64,000 bases of DNA from an uncultured Actinomycetes bacterium. Its GTDB lineage: Bacteria > Actinomycetota > Thermoleophilia > RBG-16-64-13. Below the pieces are notes generated by a model. It saw only the letters and a list, made by a program, of their open reading frames with translations. It did no database searches and had not been told where the DNA came from. Below are positions 53,712 to 63,014 of the stretch, one piece after another. The number at the start of each line of letters is the position of its first letter. Position 1 is the stretch's first letter. Location of the stretch: the NCBI GenBank assembly GCA_963706025.1, contig CAVPLM010000005.1:160001-224000 (forward strand), written 5' to 3'. The position numbers were made by a program, and so were the translations under genes.

Positions 53712-54646
53712 ACGGAGCGATGCCAGGTCTCGCTGCCGGAATACCGCATCAGAGCAGGCGCGGACGAGTGTTGGGCCGGGTGACCGGGAACGAGTCGACA
53801 GGAAGCCTTTTTTGGCTGACCATCGAGGTTCCCGGCTGGGCCGAAGCCCGGCCGGGCCAGTTTGCGCTGCTCCAGGCCGAGCCCTCTCGATGCTTCCTCG
53901 GTCGGGCCCTGTCGATCTCTGACGAGGAGAAGGACAGGGTCTCTTTCCTGGTCGACCCGGTCGGCGAAGGTACGCGCGAGCTCTGTAGCCTCAGTGCAGG
54001 CGATCCGGCATGGGTCCTCGGTCCGCTGGGCAATGGGTTCGACCTGGACGAGGTAGTCTCGGGCTGCTCGCCACCGGGCATATCCGGCACAACGTCCGGC
54101 AAACGGAGCCGGCTGGTCGTCGTCGCCGGCGGAGCGGGAGTGGCCCCCTTCCCGCTGTTCCTGTCCCGTCTGGCTCGTCGGAAGACGGCCCGGGCCGGTC
54201 ACCCTGAGGTAGTGGTGCTCCTGGGTTTCCGTGACGCCTCTCGAGCTCAGGGAGCGATTCCCGTCAGGGGAGCGGTCCGCAGATCGACCGAGTCCGGCCT
54301 GTCCTGCCGCCTCGTCTTGGCCACAGAAGACGGTTCTCTGGGTCCCCCTCAGAGGGTGACCGACCTGCTGGAGACCGAACTACGACCGGGTGATCAGGTG
54401 GTGGTATGCGGCCCGCCCGCCATGTCGGCCGCGGTATGGCAGATCTGTTCCAAAACCGCGGACGTGCGCACGTGGTTCAGCTTAGAGGCGAACATGGCCT
54501 GCGGGGTCGGATCGTGCCACGGCTGCGCTGTTGCTCTTGCCGATGGTTCGTTCGCCCGGGTGTGCCATGATGGACCGGTGTTCCCCGGGGAGAGGGTCTT
54601 TGGAGGGTATGTGGCGCCTGTCGCCGGGGGGAAGGAGCCGGCATGA
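53708..54646 (+). CDS. pyrK: Dihydroorotate dehydrogenase electron transfer subunit
   Basis: GPLGNGF, VAGGAGVAP, CGP, MACGVGSCHGC...VCHDGPVF; adjacent to pyrD. Confidence 0.9.
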
Positions 54647-55644
54647 CCACTCCCGCTACCCCCGCCGCCGCTGTCGATCGACCCGATCTGTCCGTCCGCT
54701 TGGGCCCGCTGCGGCTGGAGCACCCGCTTATCAATGCCTCCGGCACTATGGAGATCCTCGATCTAGCGGATACGCTGGGACCCGGGATCCTGGGACATCC
54801 ACCGGTGGCCGCGTACGTGCCCAAGACGGTTCTCCTTTCGCCGCGTGCCGGCAATCCGCCACCCCGGATCCTCGAGACCCCCGCCGGGATGATCAACTCG
54901 ATCGGACTCCCGGGCGAGGGCCTGGAGACGTTCGTGAACGAGCGACTACCGCGGCTCCTTGCTTTGCCCTGCGCGCTCATATTGAGCATCGGGGGCTTCT
55001 CTCTGCAGGAATACGCATCCCTTGCCGCAGGGCTGCACAGCGCCCTGAAGCACTGGGAGGCGGACTGGCCGGCGAGAGTAGGATTGGAGGCCAATATCTC
55101 CTGCCCCAACGTGCACTCAGGTTGCGCTTCCATCGGCAGCGATCCTCAAGAGACGCTTGCGGTCGTGGCCGCCATCCGGGAGGTCTGGCCGGGGCTTCTG
55201 ATAGCTAAGCTGACGCCCAATGTCACGGATATCGGCGCCATCGCCCGTGCGGCGGTGCAAGGCGGAGCCGACGCCATCGCGGCCGTCAATACCTTCAAGG
55301 GACTGGTTGTCGACCGGGAGACCTTGCGGCCTTGGCTGGGCAACATCACGGGAGGTGTCTCCGGCCCGGCGATCAAGCCGCTCGCTCTACGCCTGGTGTA
55401 CGAAGTTTTTCAGGCGGTGGAAGTACCCATCGTCGGCATGGGCGGAGTGGCGAGTGTGCAGGACGTGCTCGATTTCATGGCATGCGGGGCCCGAGTGGTC
55501 GCCGTAGGGTCTGCTGCGTTTCGAGATCCTTGGATCGCCCAAGATCTTGCCGATGGGCTGGCGCAGGAGTTGGCCGCTCGGGGGCTGATCCTAGATGAGC
55601 TGGTCGGTTTGGCTCACCGTGGTCAAGTATCAGGCTGTACTTAA
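54643..55644 (+). CDS. pyrD: Dihydroorotate dehydrogenase family 1B catalytic subunit
   Basis: ASGT, GNPPPRI, NISCPN, KLTPNVTD, GGVSGPAIKP. Confidence 0.93.
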   Translation: MTTPATPAAAVDRPDLSVRLGPLRLEHPLINASGTMEILDLADTLGPGILGHPPVAAYVPKTVLLSPRAGNPPPRILETPAGMINSIGLPGEGLETFVNERLPRLLALPCALILSIGGFSLQEYASLAAGLHSALKHWEADWPARVGLEANISCPNVHSGCASIGSDPQETLAVVAAIREVWPGLLIAKLTPNVTDIGAIARAAVQGGADAIAAVNTFKGLVVDRETLRPWLGNITGGVSGPAIKPLALRLVYEVFQAVEVPIVGMGGVASVQDVLDFMACGARVVAVGSAAFRDPWIAQDLADGLAQELAARGLILDELVGLAHRGQVSGCT

Positions 55645-55660
55645 GCCTGATACTTGACCA
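55620..55660. repeat. Perfect 17-bp inverted repeat
   Basis: TGGTCAAGTATCAGGCT-gtactta-AGCCTGATACTTGACCA. Confidence 0.9.
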
Positions 55661-55679
55661 TAGAATCGCGCGATACTTG

Positions 55680-55707
55680 TTGCTTCCTTCGACGCCATGA
55701 GTATAAT
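55680..55707 (+). promoter_or_regulatory. Sigma70-type promoter for mihF
   Basis: TTGCTT-N16-TATAAT. Confidence 0.55.
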
Positions 55708-55732
55708 GACTTCCGTGGACCAGACCTTGAAT

Positions 55733-56047
55733 ATGACCCCACAAACCCCCGAGCGCAGTCATCAGCAGCGGATGGAAGCGCTTCGGCGCGCGAACGATAT
55801 CCGTTCCGAAAGGGCTCGACTCAAAGAGGGGCTTCGTAACGGCGACGTTACCATCGTCGAAGTGCTGGTCGATCCTCCGTTGTGCATACATACGGCCAAG
55901 GTGCTCGATCTTGTTCTGGCAGTTCCCAAGTACGGAAGGGTCAAGGCCAATAGGCTCCTTGAGCGGTGCCGGGTGAGTTCTTCGAAGACGGTGAACGGGC
56001 TTACTCCTCGTCAGCGCAAAGAGCTGATCGATATGCTGGTCGACTGA
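55733..56047 (+). CDS. mihF: Actinobacterial integration host factor (mIHF)
   Basis: QRMEALRRANDIRSERARLK, AKV, VPKYGRVKA, GLTPRQR; conserved position before gmk. Confidence 0.88.
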   Translation: MTPQTPERSHQQRMEALRRANDIRSERARLKEGLRNGDVTIVEVLVDPPLCIHTAKVLDLVLAVPKYGRVKANRLLERCRVSSSKTVNGLTPRQRKELIDMLVD

Positions 56048-56067
56048 CCGGCGCACAGCCGGGTGCG

Positions 56068-56673
56068 GTGATAGCCAGGCTGATCGTCATCGCCGGGCCT
56101 TCGGGGGCGGGCAAAGGCACTCTGATAGCCCGCCTTCTCCAAGAGCTCACCGGTATTGTCCTCTCCGTATCCGCCACCACACGGCCCAGGCGACTGGGTG
56201 AGGTGGACGGCCGAGAGTATTTCTTCCTGAGTAGAACCCAGTTCAAGGATTGGGTCGAGCGGGGCTTGTTTCTCGAATGGGCCACTTATAGCGGGCATCG
56301 TTACGGTACTCCCAAACAGGCCGTGAGTGACCATCTGAACGCCGGACTCGATGTCATTCTTGAGATCGAGATCGAAGGCGCGCGGCAGGTGCTGGAACAG
56401 TGTCCGGCAGCGCTGATGATCTTCATCATGCCGCCCTCGCTCGCCGAGCTGGAGGGGCGGCTGCGGGGAAGAAAGACCGAAAGTGAGGAATCGATCCAGA
56501 AGCGGCTCGGGCGTGCGGCAGAAGAGATGGCGGCCGTGGCGGCCGGGGAGTGGCCGGGCCGGCGTCAATTCGACTATGTTATAGTGAACGATAGCGTGAA
56601 ACGGGCGAGCCAAGAGCTGGTCCGCGTAATCGAGCAAACCAGGGAAGGGTATGAACAAGCCGACAGTCGATGA
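56068..56673 (+). CDS. gmk: Guanylate kinase
   Basis: GPSGAGKGT, SATTRPRR.GEVDGREYFF, YGTP. Confidence 0.95.
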   Translation: MIARLIVIAGPSGAGKGTLIARLLQELTGIVLSVSATTRPRRLGEVDGREYFFLSRTQFKDWVERGLFLEWATYSGHRYGTPKQAVSDHLNAGLDVILEIEIEGARQVLEQCPAALMIFIMPPSLAELEGRLRGRKTESEESIQKRLGRAAEEMAAVAAGEWPGRRQFDYVIVNDSVKRASQELVRVIEQTREGYEQADSR

Positions 56674-56923
56674 GATACTCGTTGGTCTATCCGCTGCACG
56701 TGACGAGGAGACCGAGGAACCCAATCGGTATACGGCCGTCATGGTCACCGCCAAACGGGCCCGGCAGATCAACAGCTATTACCATAGTCTTGGCGAGGGA
56801 GGGGCTCTCGACAGCTTCGCTCCCCCTCTGGTCGCCAGCTTCACCAAGAACTACCTCAGCATCTCTATGGCCGAGGTAGCTAGGGCCGAGATCGCTTACA
56901 GGCTGCGTCCTACCCGCCAGTAG
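56651..56923 (+). CDS. rpoZ: RNA polymerase omega subunit
   Basis: RYTAVMVTAKRARQINSYY; between gmk and coaBC. Confidence 0.9.
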   Translation: MNKPTVDEILVGLSAARDEETEEPNRYTAVMVTAKRARQINSYYHSLGEGGALDSFAPPLVASFTKNYLSISMAEVARAEIAYRLRPTRQ

Positions 56924-56939
56924 GGAGAGCAGGGAGCGT

Positions 56940-58178
56940 GTGATGGCTGATCGGCCCGTGGTCCTGCTGGGGGTGACGGGAGGGATCGCCGCATACAAAG
57001 CTGCCGAGCTGCTGCGGGGTCTGCAGAAGGCGGGCATGGAAGTCCGGGTGATCATGACCCGGGCGGCCACCAAGTTCATCAGCCCCATGACCTTCGAAGC
57101 GCTGTCGACACATCCCGTTCGGCTGGATGACATAAGCGAGATGCGCGCTGACTCGCGCATCACCCATGTCGAGGACAGCCAAGACGCCGATATCATGGTG
57201 ATCGCCCCGGCCACGGCCAACACGCTGGCCAAGATGGCCAACGGCATAGGCGATAATCTCCTCACCTCCATGTGCTTGGCCTTCGCGAAAACGGTGGTGG
57301 TCGCGCCGGCCATGAACACCAACATGTGGGAACACCCGGCGACCCAACACAATGTGGATCTGCTGCGCGAACGTGGCGTGTTCGTGGTGGAGCCCGGCGC
57401 GGGCGAGTTGGCCTGTGGCGTTTACGGCTCGGGTCGCATGGCGGAACCGGATAGCATAGTGGCCGAGGTCAAGCTGCGGCTGCAGGTGCAGCGGAAACGC
57501 GACCTGAGGGGCCTGCGCGTGGTAATCACGGCCGGCGGCACCCGGGAGCCCATCGACGCTGTGCGTTTCATCGGCAATCGCAGCTCGGGGAAGATGGGGT
57601 TCGCCCTCGCGAGAGCGGCCTTTGACCGCGGTGCCATGGTGGACCTTATCGAGGCTAACGTCGACATGCCTGCAGCGCCCGGTGTCCGTCAAACCGAGGC
57701 TGCCACCGCGGGCGAGATGCACGCCGAGGTCATGAAACGTCTGCCCGACACCGACATCCTCATAATGGCCGCTGCCGTGGCGGACTACCGGGTAGCAGAC
57801 GGGCCTGCCGGCGGCAAGATCGGCAAAGACAAGGACAAATGGGCCATCGGACTGCAGGCGACCACCGACATCCTGTGCGAGGTGGCCGCCCATCACAAAG
57901 GCCAGTTCCTGGTGGGCTTCGCCGCCGAATACGGCCTCGAGGGCCTTGAGCGGGCCCGGGGGAAGATGGAGCGTAAGCGTCTCGACATGATCGTGTTCAA
58001 CGATATTTCCCGCACCGACATCGGCTTCGATTCCGACTTCAACGAGGTGCGCATCCTGACCCCCGACTCCGAAGTCCTGGTGGAGAAGGCGCCCAAGGAG
58101 ACCATCGCCGAGATCATTCTTGACAATATCGCCCTGGCCGTGCGCGCCGGGCGCGGCGAAACCCCGCTCCCGGCATAG
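56940..58178 (+). CDS. coaBC: Phosphopantothenoylcysteine decarboxylase/ligase
   Basis: GVTGGIAAYK, APAMNTNM, LACG, TAGGTREPIDAVRFIGNRSSGKMG, VGFAAE. Confidence 0.96.
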   Translation: MMADRPVVLLGVTGGIAAYKAAELLRGLQKAGMEVRVIMTRAATKFISPMTFEALSTHPVRLDDISEMRADSRITHVEDSQDADIMVIAPATANTLAKMANGIGDNLLTSMCLAFAKTVVVAPAMNTNMWEHPATQHNVDLLRERGVFVVEPGAGELACGVYGSGRMAEPDSIVAEVKLRLQVQRKRDLRGLRVVITAGGTREPIDAVRFIGNRSSGKMGFALARAAFDRGAMVDLIEANVDMPAAPGVRQTEAATAGEMHAEVMKRLPDTDILIMAAAVADYRVADGPAGGKIGKDKDKWAIGLQATTDILCEVAAHHKGQFLVGFAAEYGLEGLERARGKMERKRLDMIVFNDISRTDIGFDSDFNEVRILTPDSEVLVEKAPKETIAEIILDNIALAVRAGRGETPLPA

Positions 58179-58287
58179 GCGCCCTGCCGGGCCGTCCGCA
58201 TTCGCATCGGTACCGCAGCCCGCGAGCGCCTGCCCCTCACCTCGGGAGCGTTTGACCACACCGGGCTCGTGTGCCGTACTCCCGCGC

Positions 58288-58322
58288 AAAAAGGAGGAGC
58301 AGCCCTGCGGCTGCTCCTCCTT
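58288..58322 (-). terminator. Rho-independent terminator
   Basis: Minus strand AAGGAGGAGCAGCC-gcag-GGCTGCTCCTCCTTTTT. Confidence 0.85.
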
Positions 58323-58369
58323 GAGAAGACCGGTCTCGCGGCCCTGCCGGGCCGGAAGCGACGGCTCTA

Positions 58370-59854
58370 CTATGCGTAGGGGATCGGCTCGAACTTCTTC
58401 TGGATCGGCATGTTCGGGTCCATCCCGTAACAGATGTAGATGTCGTATTTGAACCTGGGATCCTCGGACTTGGCCCACTGGCCGCCGGCGATCTTGATCT
58501 TGTACACGTTCGGGACCGGGCGGACCGTTTTCGGCGCGACCGGAAGGTTGAAGTCGACCGGGCCGTTGATACCCTCGAACTTCGTGGTCTTGATGGCCTC
58601 GACGTAGAGCTCCTTGTTCTCGATGTCGGGAACACGCTTCAGCACATCGACAGCCCACTCGTACTTGCCTAGCTGACCGAGAGGCTGAGTCCACTGCTCG
58701 CCTGTGTCGGTGGTGTACTGCTCGGCGTATTCCTCGCAGGTCTGCCCGGTGAGGTAGCTCTTGTAGGGGAACTTGGGGTGCCACACCATGTGGTCCGAGG
58801 TCCCGATACCGATGTCGCCCACAGCCTCGATGCTCTTGTGGAACAGAAGGGCCTTGCTCATGCTGAGGATCTTAGGCTGGTAGCCCTGCTGCGCGCACTG
58901 CTGCCAGAAGGTGGTGAAGTCAGGCGGGGTCTGGAGCCCCGTGCAGACCTCGCAGCCGTTCTTCTTGTAGTCAGAGATCTGCGAAGTGAAGTCCTCCGAC
59001 GGGGGCTGATACATCTCCGGCTTGGAGCCGGTGGTGTAGCCGCCCTTCACCAGGATGGGCTCCAGCCCGGTGTCGGGGTTCGACCAGGCCTGACCGTCCG
59101 CGTCGTTCGGGAAGAGGTACCCCACCGTCTTGTTGGTCTCGATCTGGTCCCACATACCCAAGCGGCACTCGCCTGCATCCTCGACGCCGAAGTGGTACAT
59201 CCAGGTCCACGTGAAAGGCGTATCCGGGGTGGCGCCGCGGCCGAAGTAGAACGGCTGCCACGGAACGAAGTTGGCCAGGAAGGGGATCCCGTTCGCCTCG
59301 CACTGATCGGCCGCTGGGTTGACGGTGTCGGGGCTGGACGACGCCACCATCATGTCGACCTTCTCGTTGAAGATCAGATCCTGCGTGACCTCGGCCGCCC
59401 GGTTGGGGCTTGACTGGGTGTCGAGCTGGATGATCTCGATGGGGTGAAGTTTGCCGTCTCCACACACTACGCCCTCACCGACGGCTTTCAGAACGTAGCT
59501 GACGATCCACTTGTCGGGACCGCCGAACGAGGCCAGTGGTCCGGTAATGGGAGACACGGCTCCGATCTTGACCGGACGACCGGCCTCGACCCCCGCGGTA
59601 GTGGTCGTGGTCTCGGCTGCGGCGGTGGTCGTGGTCTCGGCTGCGGCGGTGGTGGTGGTCTCGGCTGCGGCGGTCGTAGTGGTCTCCTCTTCACCGCACG
59701 CGGCCAGAAATCCTCCGAGGCCCGCCCCGACGCCTATCGTCGCACCGGCGATACCCGCCACCTTGAGGAACTCGCGACGGCTCACCGGTTTGTCTTTTAG
59801 CGCTCCCGGCTCCTCTCGTTCTCCGTCCGAGAGTCTCTTTTCCTTGTCGGACAT
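58370..59854 (-). CDS. Tat-exported lipoprotein ABC substrate-binding protein (LivJ/HAAT-like)
   Basis: AAGGAGG RBS; SRREFLK; lipobox LAAC; ETTTTAAA repeats; KIGAVSPITGPLASFG, DTQSSP. Confidence 0.88.
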   Translation of the reverse strand: MSDKEKRLSDGEREEPGALKDKPVSRREFLKVAGIAGATIGVGAGLGGFLAACGEEETTTTAAAETTTTAAAETTTTAAAETTTTTAGVEAGRPVKIGAVSPITGPLASFGGPDKWIVSYVLKAVGEGVVCGDGKLHPIEIIQLDTQSSPNRAAEVTQDLIFNEKVDMMVASSSPDTVNPAADQCEANGIPFLANFVPWQPFYFGRGATPDTPFTWTWMYHFGVEDAGECRLGMWDQIETNKTVGYLFPNDADGQAWSNPDTGLEPILVKGGYTTGSKPEMYQPPSEDFTSQISDYKKNGCEVCTGLQTPPDFTTFWQQCAQQGYQPKILSMSKALLFHKSIEAVGDIGIGTSDHMVWHPKFPYKSYLTGQTCEEYAEQYTTDTGEQWTQPLGQLGKYEWAVDVLKRVPDIENKELYVEAIKTTKFEGINGPVDFNLPVAPKTVRPVPNVYKIKIAGGQWAKSEDPRFKYDIYICYGMDPNMPIQKKFEPIPYA

Positions 59855-60088
59855 GCTGCTGCCCCTCCTTGTGGGATTGAAATGTGAGTGCATACTTACC
59901 ACATCGCTCGCCTGCCTGCCAGACGGCACAGGGCGAGTAAGGAAACCTGAGTGAGGTGGAAACAGATCCACCATCAGCGTTTTGAGGAAGCACCGCGACG
60001 GCGCCAATGGAAGGAGGGCGAACCTCCCGCGGGACCCGTCCTAGGCCTGGATGCGTTCGCCGGTTTGAACCGGCCAGAGGGAGACTGC

Positions 60089-61176
60089 TTAGGCCGACTC
60101 TCTCATGGCTTGGATCTCGTCGGCGGCCTTGATCTGCTCCAGGGCCTTGGCCTCGATCTGCCGGATGCGCTCGCGGCTGACGTTGAAGCGGCTGCTGACC
60201 TCGGCCAGGGTCCGGGGATGCTCACCCTTGAGGCCGAAGCGGAGTTCCACTACCTTGCGCTCCCGTTCGTCCATGGCCTTGAGCACTCGGTCCAGGCTCT
60301 CTTTGGCGATGATGCTGGACACCACGTCGGCAGGATCCGGGGTGTTGGAATTCTCGATGAAATCACCGAGCTCCGCGTCTTCTTCGTCGCCGATGGGGGT
60401 CTCGAGCGAGGTGGTACGCTGGGCGATCTTGCGCATCTCCTGCACTTCTTGAGGATCGATACCCAGCTCGTAGGCCAGTTCGTCGTCGTTGGGCTCCTTG
60501 CCGGTCTCCTGCAGGAGCTTCCGCTCGGTGCGGACCATCTTGTTGATCTTCTCGATCATGTGCACCGGGATGCGGATGTTGCGGTCCTGGTTGGCGATGG
60601 CCCGGGTGATGGCCTGCCTGATCCACCAGGTAGCGTAGGTGGAGAACTTGTAGCCTTTGCGGTAGTCGAACTTCTCCACCGCGCGGATGAGACCGGTGTT
60701 GCCCTCCTGAATGAGGTCGAGCAGGTCCATGTCCTGGGTGTAGTAGTTCTTGGCGATGGAGATGACCAGACGCAGGTTGGACTGGATCATGCGGTCCTTG
60801 GCGCGCTTGTCACCCGCCTCGATGCGCTTGGCCAGTTCGATCTCTTCATCTTTTGTGAGCAACGGGATCTCCCCGCCTCTTTGAGGTAGAGGCGAAGAGG
60901 GTCATGCGTGACCGTCTCGATCGACAGGTCGAGCGTGGGCTCGGTGGGCTCCAGGACGCCTTGCGTGACCGGGCTCTGCTCGTAGATCTCGATGGACTGG
61001 TCGAAGAGCTGCGAATACAGATCCTCGATCTCTTCCATGGTCATGTCGTATTCCTCGACCAGGGCCATGATCTCGTCGCTGGTGACGTAGCCGCGCTCCT
61101 GGCCGAGCTGCAAAAGGTCTTGGACGTCCACTATGGTGCGGACGTCGATGGTGGCGATATCACTTTCTCTATGCAC
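60089..61176 (-). CDS. RpoD/SigA-like sigma70 factor, divergent paralogue (apparent indel near 60870)
   Basis: Region 1.1-like [66 protein letters not shown]. Confidence 0.9.
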
Positions 61177-61246
61177 TGTCTTCTGCTATCCTAATTGGAG
61201 ATTCAAGCTTTCTCTTTTTATACCCTCTCACGACGCAAACCGCAAC

Positions 61247-61275
61247 AGTTTACTCCGACTCCTCGACGCTGTCAA
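61247..61275 (-). promoter_or_regulatory. Near-consensus sigma70 promoter P1 of the sigma gene
   Basis: Minus strand TTGACA-N17-TAAACT. Confidence 0.75.
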
Positions 61276-61310
61276 TGCGCGCGTCACTCCCTGCCTACAG
61301 GTACAGGTAT

Positions 61311-61339
61311 AGTATACCGAACAAACGTTCGTACCGCAA
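61311..61339 (-). promoter_or_regulatory. Promoter P2 of the sigma gene with a LexA (SOS) box in its spacer
   Basis: Minus strand TTGCGG-N17-TATACT; CGAAC-AAAC-GTTCG at 61318-61331. Confidence 0.75.
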
Positions 61340-61532
61340 CTCCACGCACCAGTAGCTTCCCTGACCTGACGCCGATACCCAAGAGGAAGTTCCCGGCGCC
61401 CGGGTCTTCTTAAACGGGCGCCATCCCGGCTCGGCCTTCCCGCCGGGGCCGCTTTGTGAGACATTTCGAGGGGCGTCCAGCCTCGATGACCATGATGCGG
61501 CCAAGTCGCAGGATCAAGGAGACCCACCGGAC

Positions 61533-62576
61533 ATGACTCTCGTCGGATCTGACCAAGCCGAGGCGCCTGTTGTTCTCACCATCGACGCCGAGGGAGGAGA
61601 CAACGCGCCGGCGGAGATCGTGGCCGGGGCCCTTCTGGCCGCTTCGCCTTCACTACGCGTGCTTCTGGTGGGACGACCGGAGGTCTTGGAGATCCAGCTC
61701 GGAGCCGCCGATCGCCGCTACGTGGACGTCGTGCCGAGCGCATCGGTAATCAGCTCTCATCTGGAGCCTGTCGCGGCCGTGAAGGGCATGCAGGACTCCT
61801 CCATCGTGGTGGGAGCCCGGACCGTGGTGGACGGCTCGTCTCAGGGGTTCATCTCCGCCGGCAGCACTGGGGCCGTGCTGGCGGCGGCCCTGCTGCTGGT
61901 CCGGCGCGTGGAAGGCATAAGAAGGCCTGCGATCGTCACCATTCTGCCGGGGCTGGAAGGCCCGGTAGTATTCCTGGATTCGGGGGCTAATGCCGACTGC
62001 CGTCCCGAGCACCTGGTGGAGTTCGGTGTGTTGGGTACGGCCTATGCGCGCACCGTCATGGGATTGCCGGCACCCCGCGTGGGCCTTCTCAACATCGGTG
62101 AAGAGGAGAGCAAAGGCAATGAATTGGCTCAGGCCTCCTACCGCGGCCTGACAGCATCGGGGCTCAATTTCATCGGGAACGTGGAGGGACGCGATCTGCT
62201 CCGGAACACGGCCGACGTGGTGGTGACGGACGGCTTCACCGGCAATGTGGCCCTGAAGCTACTGGAGGGGTGCTCAGCGGTCCTCTTCGGTCGACTGAAA
62301 GAGGCGGCACGCTCCAGCACACGGGCGAGAACCGGGGGCATGCTGTTGAAGCCGGCGTTGCGCGGGCTGCGCGCGGGGTTCGACCCGGAGGCGTACGGGG
62401 GCACGTATCTGCTGGGGGTGCGGGGCCTGGTCGTGATCTGTCACGGGAACGCCACCCGCAAGGCTATCGCCAATGCCCTGCGCTTCGGCGCCGACGCGCT
62501 GCGAAGAGGCGTACTGACCGGGGTGGATGCGGAGGTGGTCGCGATCCTGGGCCGGGGAGATGCTGCCTCTTCTTGA
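61533..62576 (+). CDS. plsX: Phosphate acyltransferase
   Basis: IDAEGGDNAP, SAGSTGA, LDSGAN, LLNIGEEESKG, VTDGFTGN, ICHG. Confidence 0.95.
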   Translation: MTLVGSDQAEAPVVLTIDAEGGDNAPAEIVAGALLAASPSLRVLLVGRPEVLEIQLGAADRRYVDVVPSASVISSHLEPVAAVKGMQDSSIVVGARTVVDGSSQGFISAGSTGAVLAAALLLVRRVEGIRRPAIVTILPGLEGPVVFLDSGANADCRPEHLVEFGVLGTAYARTVMGLPAPRVGLLNIGEEESKGNELAQASYRGLTASGLNFIGNVEGRDLLRNTADVVVTDGFTGNVALKLLEGCSAVLFGRLKEAARSSTRARTGGMLLKPALRGLRAGFDPEAYGGTYLLGVRGLVVICHGNATRKAIANALRFGADALRRGVLTGVDAEVVAILGRGDAASS

Positions 62577-62651
62577 CCGCCGTTGATACAATGGTCCTGT
62601 CCCTGGAGTCACCTCCGTCATCGTTTCGATACTGGACGCAAGGAGCAGCAG

Positions 62652-62892
62652 ATGATCAGAGAGGAGATCTTCGCCAAGGTGCGCGACTATCCTGGTGGAG
62701 CAGCTTGGTGTCGACGCCGACGACGTCACGGAGGAAGCCTCCTTCCAGGACGACCTGAACGCCGACAGCCTGGACCTCGTGGAGCTCATCATGGAGCTTG
62801 AAGACCAGTTCGGCGTGAAGATCTCCGACGAAGAGGCTCAGACCATCACCACGGTGGGCGCAGCGGTCGACTTCATCGCCGCCCGCGTCTGA
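62652..62892 (+). CDS. acpP: Acyl carrier protein (apparent +1 indel near 62688)
   Basis: AAGGAG RBS; [17 protein letters not shown]. Confidence 0.93.
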
Positions 62893-63014
62893 CGTCCATC
62901 CCGGGGAGAGACTGGAAAGTGCGGGGGCTGCCGGCGCTGGTGCGGGCAGTCCCCGCTTTGCCTTGGCCGCGGTCACGTCGGGCCGACCGTCTTTCTCCCG
63001 CGAGTGAAGGTCCG

